In this document: positions 14,224 through 26,645 of the stretch, piece after piece
How positions within the stretch are numbered: position 1 is the first letter of the stretch
Layout: each line of letters starts with the position of its first letter
Assembly (NCBI RefSeq): GCF_964204645.1
Contig: NC_134026.1
Coordinates: 12,113,950-12,177,949, forward strand
Length of the DNA: 64,000 nt
Origin: Tubulanus polymorphus
Taxonomy: Eukaryota; Animalia; Nemertea
Direction of reading: 5' to 3'
Program-made: the position numbers and the translations under genes
The notes under the pieces: model-generated
The model's input: only the letters and a program-made list of their open reading frames with translations
Databases searched by the model: none
Told to the model about the DNA's origin: nothing

Positions 14224-14638
14224 GTCTTAAACATTGCCGATATCGCCGTCGTTCGGTTTCAAGTAGGTGGCGCTGCAAGAGCTGTCTCCGCGTGTCTTAA
14301 ACATTGCCGATATCGCCGTCGTTCGGTTTTAAGTAGGTGGCGCTATCGTAAAGTTTTGTTTTATGGTCAGTGTGTTCAGTCTTAAACATTGCCGATATCG
14401 CCGTCGTTCGGTTTTAAGTAGGTGGCGCTGCAAGAGCTGTCTCCGCGTGTCTTAAACATTGCCGATATCGCCGTCGTTCGGTTTTAAGTAGGTGGCGCTG
14501 CAAGAGCTGTCTCCGCGTGTCTAAAACATTGCCGATATCGCCGTCGTTCGGTTTTAAGTAGGTGGCGCTGCAAGAGCTGTCTCCGCGTGTCTTAAACATT
14601 GCCGATATCGCCGTCGTTCGGTTTTAAGTAGGTGGCGC
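14224..14638. repeat. Subterminal tandem repeat, 70-bp unit, about 6 copies
   Basis: Unit gtcttaaacattgccgatatcgccgtcgttcggttttaagtaggtggcgctgcaagagctgtctccgcgt, with starts at 14449, 14519 and 14589. Confidence 0.95.
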
Positions 14639-14919
14639 CTGATTAGCTGTCGTCGAGGTCCTTCAATTGTTCGGTATAAACCTTCAGTAGTTAGACCATT
14701 GAACGAAACAAGATTTTAAAGAAATGTTTTGATAAGTATTGTTTCATTTATTTCGGGTATTTGATTAAAGCGAAAATCGATGATATATAACATGAAATAA
14801 GATATGAATACATACGATATATACAATGCGTTAAAAACAGTTCAGACGGATATTAATGATGTTCTATAGAATTTTATAGTGACAAGAGTTGCATACAATA
14901 ACAGAAATTAGAAATCAGT

Positions 14920-16908
14920 TCAGACGCGAGTACGTTGGTTAGGTTTAGCTACGTAGGTTTTAGTCATCAGCGATCTCATCATCTTCGGGTTTTCGTTTTT
15001 GTGCTGCAGCACCGAGATTATCCAGAAACGATTGGGTAGGAATTGCCAGCGAACGTAATATTCGATCGACGTTAGCGCGCGCCTCATGGTCGAGGGTGCG
15101 ATAATTGACCTTTCGGAAGATAAGGCTGACTCGACCACCGCGAGCCGGTTTTCTGTGCTCCAAAACACCCAATCCGATATCCTTCAATGGCGAAAATTCC
15201 GCCTGCACAGTTTCGCTGGGCATTCGCGTACGATTGACAATGTATTGAAAACGGTCACAGTTTCATTGTTTTGTAATTTCAGTAGATCGTCGATTTTTCG
15301 GACGAACACATCGTCCAAAGATTTGCACTCTACTTGACTCAACAATGTTGCAGCGTCGTTCGTTGCTTGCAAGACCATAGCCATTCATTGTAACTGTCCT
15401 TTGGCTTTGCTATGAACTGCCGAAAGATATGGATTTTTGTAGTGATTGGCCTCAAGAAAGTCCTGCGTTTTTGCCCAATTTTCTTTAATAATCTCCTTAG
15501 CATCGTCGTCGTATTCGTATACATGAAACCCTCCTACGTGGCTAGCGTGTACCGTATACAATAGGCTGAAACGAAAAAGGCAATACTGTAGTTAAAATAC
15601 AATGAATTAATGTACAATTGTAAAGTATGAAGTTTTGGAATTTATTTTATTTCTAACCGTTGCAAAGATGGAGTCTGAGCGTTGATATATCCAATGGAGT
15701 CCGGATCCCTAGGGAAAACAGGTTTAGGGAGAACCATCAAAAAGCGACTGTACAACCCGTCGTCCTTTGTGGTTCTTTCTTGGTCGAGCAACTTGCATGT
15801 GGCATCCGGATGTGACATGCCACAAATATTGAGCGTCGGATTCTCCACTAGTATAGTAACTATACAAAAGGAAAAACAATTAAGGGCTTTATGACACATG
15901 AACACATAATTTTTAACATTGTCGGAAATGGTGGTAAACAGTTTTTACCTAAGCAATTTTGTTTCTTCATTGAGGCCGGTCCATTGTATGCTGTGCAGTA
16001 GATACTGCGATCGTAGTCGGCGGCTGCGTTTGGTTTATAAAGACCGAGAGTGCCAGTCCACGTCGTCATCTCGTCCCATAGTTGAATCAAATTTGGGGTT
16101 GTCTGCATCACTTTAAGTAGCGATTCTACTGTAGTTGCTGCAATGAAAGTGTCATAGATTATAGTATGTGTGTTCAGGCGCGGATTCCGACGGTAGCACC
16201 GTAGGCACGTGCTACCGTCGCGAAAATGTCGTGCCTTTTTTTTAATGCCCAAATTAGAAAAGGGCACTTTTTACAAGACGAGGTAGATAATTTTAAACAA
16301 AAAGCACATAATTCTTCAAGATTTTGTCTTTATTACGTGGAAACTACATCTCAATGCAGTTAATTTGCTAGAAAGCACATCGTGTCAGGACTTTATTTGC
16401 TTGGAGATTGCAGCAAAAAGTAGATTTTCAAAATTTCAGAATGCCCATTTTATTTCAAATTGCCCTTTTTCTTTTGAAATGCACCTTTTTATGGATCCGC
16501 CCTGGTGTTCGTTGAAAGGTGCCTGTTGAAATAATTTTTACAATAAGGAAAAACGTAATTCAACTTACATTGATTGATATGTGAATCAGGTTTCATATCC
16601 GATACGGATTCGACTGAAACGACTGCTTCTCTAACTATATCCATAGCGCCGCTTTTATTTGTACCGGACGATCCGATAGCCATGCAAAACAAAATGTTTG
16701 GTTGCCAGTACGATTTAAAGGCATGTATTTGAGAACGATGCATGAAGTGCGCTGCAGCTGTAATCGTCGGCATTAAGATATATTCCAACGGAAAAGCACG
16801 AGTGTTTGAGTACTGTCTCAAGATGTCTATGGTCAAATTGTCGGCTACATCATCGGGCAGCGGCAACTGGTAACATGCGTCGACGCGGGGTGTATACTTC
16901 GACTCCAT
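14920..16908 (-). CDS. Spliced (about 4 exons) DUF3987/YfjI-like P-loop ATPase, probably frameshifted in the last exon
   Basis: Walker A IGSSGTNKS, Walker B LWDEM, NPTLNICGMSHP and DDGLYSRFL. GT-AG sites at 16568 (GTAAG), ~16139, ~15947, ~15861, ~15657 and ~15566. Confidence 0.72.
16175..16504. mobile_element. MITE inside intron 1 of the DUF3987-like gene
   Basis: Imperfect TIRs caggcgcggattcc...ggatccgccctg, with gtgtt on both flanks. Confidence 0.45.
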
Positions 16909-17408
16909 GATCAGTTTGTGTGAAGATATCGTTGCGAGAGTTAAGTATTAATACTTTTTGGAATCGATGCACGTGCATCAACGTATCGGTAAACAATTGC
17001 AGAAACAATGACAAATTAGGGTTTTAGTGCTAGTACTTAATTCGATTTGCTTGGGTCAAGATTCTAAACAGGCAACTTTGACAGGAAATAGTCACACCGA
17101 AATTAAAGTGGTAATTAGTAATTTAGGTAGGATTTTAAAACTAGTGGTTTTGATAATTACAGGCCCTGTACTAACGGCTGCAGCCCACTAACAAATGTGT
17201 TAATGCGTGGTATATTGAATACAAGCAATAAAGAAATCTAAATCAATGCATTGTTCAACGAAGCTGAACAAGTACTAGTGGTAATCATATTTCCACATTT
17301 GTTTGCGGTTAACCTGTTTACCGTTCATTGTTCCATAACACTTTGTTATCAAAGTTTGGCCAATAGAAATGAGCCGAAATGAAAGGTTATGAACGGTCGA
17401 ATTAAAAA

Positions 17409-18458
17409 TTGACTAATATGGAGTTTGGCTCTAGGCTCATTTTTGGAACTATAAACATGATTTCGCCAGAAAGTAAAAAATTGAAAAATGATGATAGTTG
17501 GACTTGTAGTTATGAGAGAGACGATAAGAAAAAAGTCATCACCTATAAAGAATTAATTGGAACAATCATGAATACAAGACGTGGAACTATTGACTGGTTA
17601 ATGGATCGTAATCTGATTGCAGCTTCACGTCAGTGTCCGGTTTGTAATGATGAAATGAAATTGTCATTGGACATCAGCAACAAATCTGCGAGTGAAGGAT
17701 GGCGGTGGAGTTGCCGAAAACGTGTTGATAGTGTGTTGCACCAACGGTTTAAGTCGGTTCGAGCCGACAGTTGGTTTTCTAAATCTAACTTAACGATCGC
17801 AGAGATATTAGAAATAACGTATTGGTTATCGCGCGGAGTACAACAGACCGTTATACAGACTGAAATGGGCTTATCCAGCAAAACAATTGTCGACTGGGCT
17901 AGTTTTCTCCGTGAAGTTTGCGAACTGGTTGTTTTTGACAATTGTAAAGCCATAGGCGGACCAGGAAAAGTAGTGGAAATCGATGAAAGCAAGTTCGGAA
18001 AACGGAAATTCAACCGAGGACGATGCGTCGATGGGCAATGGGTTTTCGGGGGCATTGAGAGAGGGAATAATAAGAATGTGTTTATGGTCAGTGTCGATAA
18101 ACGTGATAGCGATACCCTGATACCGATTATCGAAAAGTGGATACTGCCGGGAACAACAATCATGAGCGACTGCTGGAAAGCGTATTCCTGCCTAAACCAA
18201 CGCGGTTTCGAGCATTTGACCGTAAATCATAGTGTGACATTTGTTGATCCGGATACAAACGCGTGCACGAATCTCATAGAGAATCAGTGGCTACATGCTA
18301 AAAAGAATTTCCCGAAGTACGGCACAGTGAAAGGTCATTTTGATTCGTATCTTGGACATTATTTGTGGCGTTGTCGTGTTGGGGATGATGATCCGTTTTG
18401 TCGTTTTTTGGAGGACGTTTCTAAAATTTACAAATCAAACCGGATAAATGTACCATAG
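17409..18458 (+). CDS. Merlin/ISXO2-like DDE transposase (intact ORF)
   Basis: Zn ribbon CPVC...WSC, then VVEIDESKFG, GQWVFGGIER, IMSDCWKAY, HLTVNHS and TNLIENQW. Confidence 0.92.
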   Translation: MTNMEFGSRLIFGTINMISPESKKLKNDDSWTCSYERDDKKKVITYKELIGTIMNTRRGTIDWLMDRNLIAASRQCPVCNDEMKLSLDISNKSASEGWRWSCRKRVDSVLHQRFKSVRADSWFSKSNLTIAEILEITYWLSRGVQQTVIQTEMGLSSKTIVDWASFLREVCELVVFDNCKAIGGPGKVVEIDESKFGKRKFNRGRCVDGQWVFGGIERGNNKNVFMVSVDKRDSDTLIPIIEKWILPGTTIMSDCWKAYSCLNQRGFEHLTVNHSVTFVDPDTNACTNLIENQWLHAKKNFPKYGTVKGHFDSYLGHYLWRCRVGDDDPFCRFLEDVSKIYKSNRINVP

Positions 18459-19487
18459 GACAAGTGTCGGATTTTTAATCTGTAAAAGATTAATTGTAAT
18501 GAATATTTAATTGATATTTAATGAATTGTGGATCGAGAGTTGTAAATAAGTTGTTTTTTTATTATCCATTCCTATAATGAAGTGAATGATTGTAATATAA
18601 AGGTAGATTTTTATTAGATATGGTGAATTGTAGACCGAAATAAATTAAAGTGCTATCGTAGAAATATTGCAACTTCTTGCGTTTGTTAATTCGTTTCATA
18701 TTTTTGGAGGTCACATTTCCCGGCACTGGATGGAGAATGATGGATCTACGGCCACCAAGTGTCGGGGTTTTAGAATACACATGAAATACAAGAATCCCTC
18801 AATATTTATCCCTCCAGTCATATTCCCCCAAAAAACAAACCTTCCTTTTCCCTCTAAGTCCTCCAATTTAATGTTATTAATGAAAAAATTGAAAATAAAT
18901 GATTTATGATCGCGAACAGTTATTTTGATTAACAACTTAAGCATGTGAGCTAAATTCAAGTTCCACCTAACTCAATCTGACAGTATATTTTGTTATATTT
19001 AACAAAACCTTTAATCTAATTAATCCCCATTGTTTCCGAGCTCAAAGGATTTAATCATTCAATATATTAACGCATTGTTGAGCGCAGTTAATCTCTTTAA
19101 AACTAAAATGTTTTTCTCTAGACTATTTCACCACCGCGTCGAATATGTAGTAGAATTTGGGGCTATAATGCAAAAAGAAGAATTAAAATCGAGACAATAA
19201 ATAGAGTCAACAGAGAATAAACATATGTACTAGTGATTTATTTCCTTATTTGCTTACATAAAACCAAGTGGTAATCCTAAATATGCAATTAGTAACAAAG
19301 CCAACACACACACATATCAATAAATGGGATTCGACCTGTAAAGCTGAACGAATCACGGCGATATCGTAGTAAGTCTGTGCACCGAGCGGTGTATTGATAT
19401 GAGCCGATTCACTTCAAACTGTATTTGATATAAACCGAATCACTTCAAATGGTGAACCTACACGGCTGTGTAAGGTATAGTAAAGCC

Positions 19488-19573
19488 AAGCCTTCAGACT
19501 CGCTGCTGCTGTCTTCGCTGTCTGTATCAGCAAATATTTCATGTATTTCATCATCAGTTAGTCTACGTGACAT
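19488..19573 (-). pseudogene. N-terminal fragment of the piggyBac transposase
   Basis: MSRRLTDDEIHEIFADTDSEDSSSESEG is a typical acidic piggyBac N-terminus and runs directly into the Merlin TIR. Confidence 0.6.
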
Positions 19574-19923
19574 TTATAGCGTTCAAATAAAAGTTTTATG
19601 ACTGAAAATACACTCACTCAATCTACCTGAACGATCCTTTTTCGAAAAAAGTTGAATGTCGATTCAAACCAAAATTCCGAACAATTTTCTGAAGTAACAA
19701 GCTATTCCGCGATCAGAAATCGATCCGTCATAGTGTTCTGTACCGCTGGAGACTAGGCATTACTAAATTGAAAACTTGAAATAGCTGGCGAAACGAAACT
19801 AATGTAGCGGGTGGCGTGCTCACAAAATTGCGAGACTGGGTTGTGAATGAACGTTTCCGGTGCTCGCAAAATAGCGAGACCGGGATTTTAAGAGTTAATG
19901 GAATGTTTTAGTTCATTTTCCAG

Positions 19924-20344
19924 GTGTACATGCACCTATTGTCAGATTCTTACCACGGAACTGGAATGTGTGTGTTGCAGTGAGATAGATATTGTTGCAG
20001 GGAAAATTCGAGAACTCGAAGGATACGATTCCAGGGAATATAAATGCATTACCGACACTGAGGGATTTAAGGGGGTGTGTCTACATGTCTGGGTTCTTCA
20101 AACAGCCTGGAGTGGTTATAGAAATCAATACGGCAGAAGAGCATTTGAAGGGCAGAACAATGATAGATACAGACATATTGAGTATCGCCAGTTTGTTCGT
20201 TGGTGATGGGGATTCTGTGGACCTAAGATAAGGGTTATTTTGCCATCTTGTGTTGTTTCTTGCATCCGGGCACACTTTCCGAAAGACGGTGATGAAGAAT
20301 TCGCCATTTATAAAGGATTCAGACTGCCAAAACTGGACGACTAA
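19924..20344 (+). pseudogene. Cys-rich KolX / P2X7-C-terminus-like exon of a Kolobok element
   Basis: Acceptor ttttccag, then CTCTYC..ECVCCSEI..CIT..FKGVCL..YRQFVRW*WG..IRVILPSCVVSCIRAHFP, with one in-frame stop. Confidence 0.75.
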
Positions 20345-20459
20345 GTGAATTATGTGTGTAAATAATAATATAAGTATCTTTATTAAATAAAACGAACATA
20401 ATTATTTCAGGAATTACAGTTTTTCATTTATCGTTATATTTTTTTTTTTCAATTACAGT

Positions 20460-23400
20460 TTTTTAGTGGCTGTGTTGGTCCTGCGGATTGAGGCTTCGAT
20501 AGCATGATATCTGTTACTTTCTTCAAGTGAGACAAATACTTCTTCCTTGGTAACTTTCACTTTTCTAGAACTTAAATGAGGTGGAGGAGTACAGCAATCA
20601 CTCACTTTGAGTTCCTTGGTTGCAATCTTTATTGCTGTGATAATGCATTCATCGACATAACCTAAAAGATATTTGATGAATCCGCTTTCAATTATAGACA
20701 GGCTTCAATGATATGTTTATAAACAATTCAGATCAATGATCAAAGGGTTCCAATATGCATCCAATTGTGACCTACCTTATGTTGCTTTGGTCAATATTCT
20801 ACGAAGCGTGTGACCATCTTTGTTTTGGGTTCCTTCCCATCTCTAGTTTTAGCTTGAAGTCTGCCGCTATTCTCGTAGTAATGCAAGATTGCTCTGCACA
20901 TCCTAAAAATTAAATCATTTTTCATATTTTATGTGACAATATTATCTGAATATTTTATTTATTCTATATCGCCTGGTTTGAAATCATACAGATGTAGCAA
21001 GTTAAAATAAAAACTAGAAGATGGCAACACTAGCTAGTTGGATCCAAAACAAAGCCACGAAGGATTTATAAGTCTCAGGTTCATGTCCCACGGCACTTAA
21101 GGTTTATGGAAATTAAAGAAATATCACAGGATAAGAACCAATTTGTAAAGACGCTAATTTATGAGATGAGTGTGGAGTGTTTTTACAAGTTAAAGCTATT
21201 CACAGCTACTTATTACTAACCTGCTAAGCATTCCAATACATGAAAAGTGTATCATCTTAGGTGCAAAGTGGTTTAACACACTATGAAATGCTTCTACAGA
21301 GCTCGTCTGACCATACGATGACATATTTCCGATTTGATTCACTGTTCTGGTGTTTTTCATTATTTTCTTGAGCTCACTTGCGGCATATGTATCTAGAAAA
21401 ATGACGAAATATAATATGTACATGTAAAGTGCAACTAATCACCCATGTATCAAGTCATTAGCTTAGGAAGACATTAGGTTATCATCGATACCTGGTAATA
21501 TCCATTTTAAGCTCTCGAGGAACGAGAGAGCTATTACGAGCGTGTCGGTATGGTGTTGTGTGTGTTTACCGCGAACCAAAGCACACCATTTTTACTGTAA
21601 TTGAATTATCGAAAGATCCGATAAATGGGGTTAAATCCGCTGCAAAAATAGATCCGGCAATTTGTATTCAAGATTATTTCAGATTATATTGGGTTGAATG
21701 GAGATAGAAGTTGATATTGAAAAGATTTTTGAATAATGTTTTATTAATAATTCATTCGGATAGATTTATTTTACAAGGTGAATTGATATGCGGATGACTA
21801 ATGACTACATCACTCGGGTGTGAACGGGCACCTTGCACCAAGGGTCGGTACCGTAGCAGTCTTAAATTCCTTGTTTTTTGTTTGGAAAATCAGTGGGAGA
21901 CTTAAACTTCGAAAGGTTGGCAGACAATGTTCTTGAAAGTCCTAATTTTTACAGTCAGACCGAAATTATCACCGAGTTGTATGACAGTGTGGCGTGTGTT
22001 TATTCATTTACTGCAGACGTATTGCATAGCAGCTGTTGGCGTCTAGCCATACTACGCAAGGCAAGCGTGCGCTGGCAGATAACTAGTCTGGCAGATAACT
22101 AGTATCTCACACTGCACACACTACAGTGACATAGTGGCATAGGCTCATATTGATGCGCGCGTTGTGAATACGCGCGTATTTCATACAGTGAAATAAGTTT
22201 TTTGAATGAAGTTAACTTTATCATAGATTTTCATTTAAGTTATTATCGGTCACATTATTACTAAAAAGACTTTGAAAGTGATATACATTGGTCTGTCGAT
22301 CTTTTTGTACTATAACCGAACCGTATTTGTTCCTGCCTACCACTGTCTTGAGGCGCCCAGTTCCACCGTAGTGTCCAGGGTAAATGTGAAGCAACAGATC
22401 TGCATTATTAAAAGAGTAAGACTGATCAATGTAATATGTTTTCATTGATATTATAAAAAAAACTTTGCCTCGAGAGCACAGGCACAGGACCGTTGGTCCT
22501 CTAGTTTTTTCTTTCCATAATCTCCATGCATACAGTTTTCATGATTGTTTGAAATATGTTCCAAAAGGTTTCCCACTTTCGTTTTATATCTTCATGGTCC
22601 CCAGGTTTTGACGACATAGCGCACCAATACAGGTGAACTCGGATACTTTGAATCCAAGCTTAGATATCTTTGAGACCTTTCTTTTTACTTGGTTCCTCGA
22701 GTTTCTTAATCACTGTTGCAAAACATAATATTACACAGAAAATAAATGTCTATTGCTCTCATACCAGAATGAGTTAACACCAAGTGAAATTGATATTGAT
22801 TCAAAGTATAGCGGGATGTTATAACAGGATTTTGATTTGATAATTGACTTACCCTTCACACAATGCCAGGTATCAAAGTAATGAGATACTTTGCAGGTGT
22901 CTCGAGCCCACTTATACACTGAAGGGTGCATATCGCTTATGAAAGCTGTCATTTCGTACGTCTTCAATCAGACCTTCAATTTCCATCGCATTTGATGATG
23001 TTACCTCATTTGACTAAATGGATTATAAGATTATGTTCTCATCAGTAAGAAGTAATATTATTATAAGGGACTAAAATTTCAAATGATATACCACACCTGT
23101 ATCAGTTCTGACGAAATAATCTCATTACTTTTCAGGTCCGTTATCGAATATGAACAATATTTTGCAGAGTGTCCTGCGCAGTCACACCTAGCATCCCCCC
23201 AATGAGAAGTGCTGATCCTTTGAGGCTGTCGAGTAAAGACTGATGACTAGATTTTCAAACGGAGTACACTGCCTTCTGTACAAACTGTGCTTGGTGTCGA
23301 AACGCAGTTCTTGTACTTATGCCTTAGATACCTGCCAACCTATAAGCAGATAATCCAATAATGATAATTATCCATATTATAAAGCGATCAAAATGTAAAC

Positions 23401-23706
23401 CTTTTACTGAATGCTTGATTTTCTTTTTCTTACCTGAGCAGTAGTATAACTTTTGAGCTGACATTTTCAGTCAGCACTATCAGTGAACTTACTAACAGAC
23501 TGGTTATTACACATGGTTCACTTTGCCATTTGGTTTCATGGTGACACTGCTGACATTTCGTCTTCACGATGAGCTGGGTAGAAATAACTCTACGAAGGAC
23601 AGTGTTTTTCCCACGACACAAAATGCAAAACTTAAACTGTTCCAGCAATGCAGATTGGTCAACAATGAATTTGACCTCTTTTGTTATGACACTTCTGCTT
23701 CATCCC
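20460..23706 (-). pseudogene. Multi-exon Kolobok-type DDE transposase, degraded
   Basis: Motifs GDARCDCAGHSAKYCSYS, FISDMHPSV..HYFDTWH and QTSSVEAFHSVLNHFAPK in separate exons. Convergent with the KolX-like gene and interrupted by a HINE copy. Confidence 0.78.
21508..22506 (+). mobile_element. ~1-kb HINE-like element, copy 2
   Basis: Near-identical to 7388-8361 with small internal duplications. Inserted in the Kolobok transposase. Confidence 0.75.
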
Positions 23707-24523
23707 TGAAAAAAAATTATACTTATCATAGTTATGATATAAGTGTTGTAAAAAAACACCGTAGAAAATTTAAATCCTACCTGCCTTAAGGTCGCGTAAA
23801 ACTCGATAAACACTTCAAGCAAACACAGCGAACGATCTCCTTTCCCCCACAGCGAACGCTTAACGCTACTAGCCTATTTAGGCCTATGTATATGCGAAGG
23901 CCTAACATCCGGACAGATTGGTCGTAGGCCTATTGAATAACAACCCACCTAAATATCGTAAATTTTGTTTTGAAGTTCAATCCAATGAGTCCGTTAATAA
24001 ACGCAACAATTATACTGTGTTTGTTTGAGACAGTAAAGCTCAGCACCGGTAGGCCTAAAGCCGCGTCAAACTCGATAACACAAGCGACACAGCGAACGAT
24101 CCCTTTCCCCCACAGCGAATGCTTACTCCGAATGTCAAGTGTGAGTCCAGCATACGGAAAGGATTGTGTTATATACTTGTATTTAGTAAATTCCTTGTGC
24201 ATTTGACAATGATCGGTATGTACTGTAGGAAATATAGAGTATTGATGGTATTGATATAGAGGTTGAAGCCCGCGGCCGAATAAAGTAATATATTCTTTTA
24301 TTTTGATACCTCGTCGACATAACAGCTTTTCTCCGCTGTATCACTTCGGCGTGTTTCGTTTAGGCCTACGACTCCCCGGTATACTTATGATTATCTTAGT
24401 AAATACACGGTTAATTTGGTAAAGAAAAATAGGTATTGTTAAACTAACTGCTTGAAGTCCGCAACCAAATCACTGGTAGTAATAAATTAATTTGTACTCG
24501 ATTCGATTCTCATGATGAGGAGA

Positions 24524-26080
24524 AACTCGCAGCTGATCCCCGGAACGACGATGTAGTGACACACGTCGATTCGTCGATGTTTACGGCTCGACAATGCTTT
24601 TAAAATCAATCTAAAGTAGTAAATTTCCTGTATATCGGTAATATGATTTGATGAGGAAAATGGGCTATTGTTAAAATTAGTTTTTAAAAACCGCGACAGA
24701 CTGTGCAATCACTGGGTAATAAATTTGTTAATTTATGCTTGAATTGATAATCGACGTGACAAGAAACGTGCGGTAGATTTCGTAAAGACGACTTAGAAAA
24801 ACATGTCGGCTCTTTGAATGGGGCTCAATTTTCGCTGTTTACGGCCCGACAGTGCTTTTGTAACGTTGATTCTTCAAAATTCGCACGGAGTATTTGTAGA
24901 TCGAAGTGAGCTGAATGATATCAGACGGATTGTATCGGCAACAGCGGTAATGTAAAAAAGCCTATGTACTTTTGACAAAAAATGTGTGGAAAAAATAATA
25001 ATAATAATAATAATGATAATAAGAAACACGCGAATCTCAATAGGGTTTTCTGTGATGTAACAGAAAACCCTAAATATAGCTGCAAAGCAGCGATAACGGG
25101 TTTTCTGCACAGTCTAAGAATCCCGTTCAACGGTGGATTTCGACGAAGCATTTGATAAGGCACAACATCAGTCATTACTAAACAGGCTATTACGAAACAG
25201 TATCAATGATAGGTCGCCCAAATTGCTCAGCAGTTATCTCTGAACGAAAACTTGTAGCCGAAATCAACGGAACGCCTCATCTTGGAATAAGTCGATCAAA
25301 CTAGTGGAGTCACGCAAGGTAGTATCCTAAGTTGTCTTCTGTTTAATGTCCTGACAAATGACATACACAGTAATCCAACATACTCGCAGCTGATCCCCGG
25401 AACGACGATGTTGTGACACACGTCGATTTGTCGATGTTTACGGCTCGAAAGTGCTTTTAAAATCTAAAGTAGTAAATTTCCTGTGGATCGGTAATATGAT
25501 TTGATGAGGAAATTGGGCTATTGTTAAAATTAGTTTTTAAAAACCGCGACAGAATGTGCAATCTTTGGGTAATAAATTTGTTAATTTATGCTTGAATTGA
25601 TAATCGACGTGACAAGAAACGTGCGGTAGATTTCGTAAAGACGACTTAAAAAAACATGTCGGCTCTTTGAATGGGACTCAATTTTCGATGTTTACGGCCC
25701 GACAGTGCTTTTGTAGCGATGATTCTTCAAAATACGCACGGAGTATTTGTAGATCGAAGTGAGCTGAATGATATCAGACGGATTGTATCGGCAACAGTGG
25801 TAATGTAAAAAAGCCTATGTACTTTTGACAAAAAAGTGTGGAAAAAATAATAATAATAGTAATAAGAAACACGCGAATCTCAATAGGGTTTTCTGTGATG
25901 TAACAGAAAACCCTAATAATAAGAAACACGCGAATCTCAATAGGGTTTTCTGTAATGTAACAGAAAACCCTAATAATAAGAAACAGTCGAATCTCAATAG
26001 GGTTTTCTGTGAAGAAACAGAAAACCCTAATAATAATAATCACGCGAATCTCAATGGGGTTTTCTGTGAAGAAACAGAAA
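24524..26080. repeat. Two direct copies of a ~550-bp non-autonomous element end (24524-25070, 25382-26080); the second has about four 60-bp hairpin units
   Basis: Both start at actcgcagctgatccccggaacgacg and end in (AAT)n plus the hairpin agggttttctg..cagaaaaccct. Confidence 0.85.
25074..25381 (+). pseudogene. LINE reverse-transcriptase fragment
   Basis: VDFDEAFDKAQHQSLLNRL and GVTQGSILSCLLFNVLTND. Confidence 0.7.
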
Positions 26081-26094
26081 ATGTATAGTAATGT

Positions 26095-26645
26095 ATAATA
26101 GTAATGAAACCTAAAAGTTTGAGATACGTTTTCATAAAACTGTATCGACAGCTGTGAGCTTTGATAGTGGCAACCAAAACCTGGCAAGTGAGGATGGCAG
26201 GAGGTCCCATCATCACGCCATCTTGTTCTTTCCCTGCTTCTAGATCATAGGCTTTTTAGACATCGACAAAATGTGCCATGTGCCGATGGTGCTTCGCCAT
26301 CACAGCTCGCGCAGGTTTATTTTGCGCGAAGTAACAACTCGCGCAAATAGTCATTACGCGATCGCGTACCTACTTCGCGCAAATAGAGAAAACGGATCCA
26401 ATTTATAGCTCGACACCCAGTTTCATGAAAAAGTGTAAGCTATAATAGTAATGAAACCTAAAATTTTGAGATACGTTTTCATAAAACTGGATCGACAGCA
26501 GTGAGCTTTGATAGTGGCAACCAAAACCTGGCAAGTGAGGATGGCAGGAGGTCCCATCATCACGCCATCTTGTTCTTATCCCTGCTTCTAGATCATAGGC
26601 TTTTAGACATCGACAAAATGTGCCATGTGCCGATGGTGCTTCGCT
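26095..26645. repeat. ~205-bp direct duplication (26095-26298 and 26442-26645)
   Basis: taatagtaatgaaacctaaaa...gccgatggtgcttcgc occurs twice with few mismatches. Confidence 0.85.

Larger units (their letters stand above)
14052..19485 (+). mobile_element. Merlin (IS1016/IS1595-related) DNA transposon with cargo gene
   Basis: Perfect 19-bp inverted repeats CTTTACTATACCTTACACA at 14052-14070 and 19467-19485 enclose a Merlin transposase and split the piggyBac ORF. No TSD found. Confidence 0.8.
11964..19897 (-). mobile_element. piggyBac DNA transposon, interrupted by a Merlin element
   Basis: TTAA-CCC at 11964 and a candidate end GAG-TTAA at 19891-19897. Transposase body at 12302-14050 and N-terminus at 19488-19573. 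The two ends match each other only weakly. Confidence 0.65.

Noticed and set aside
14224-14638. CRISPR-like repeat-spacer array
   Set aside because: The intervening segments are mostly identical, so it is a plain 70-bp tandem repeat.
17630-18163. 177-aa antisense ORF, and similar antisense ORFs over piggyBac and Transib
   Set aside because: Shadow frames of real transposase genes with no motifs of their own.
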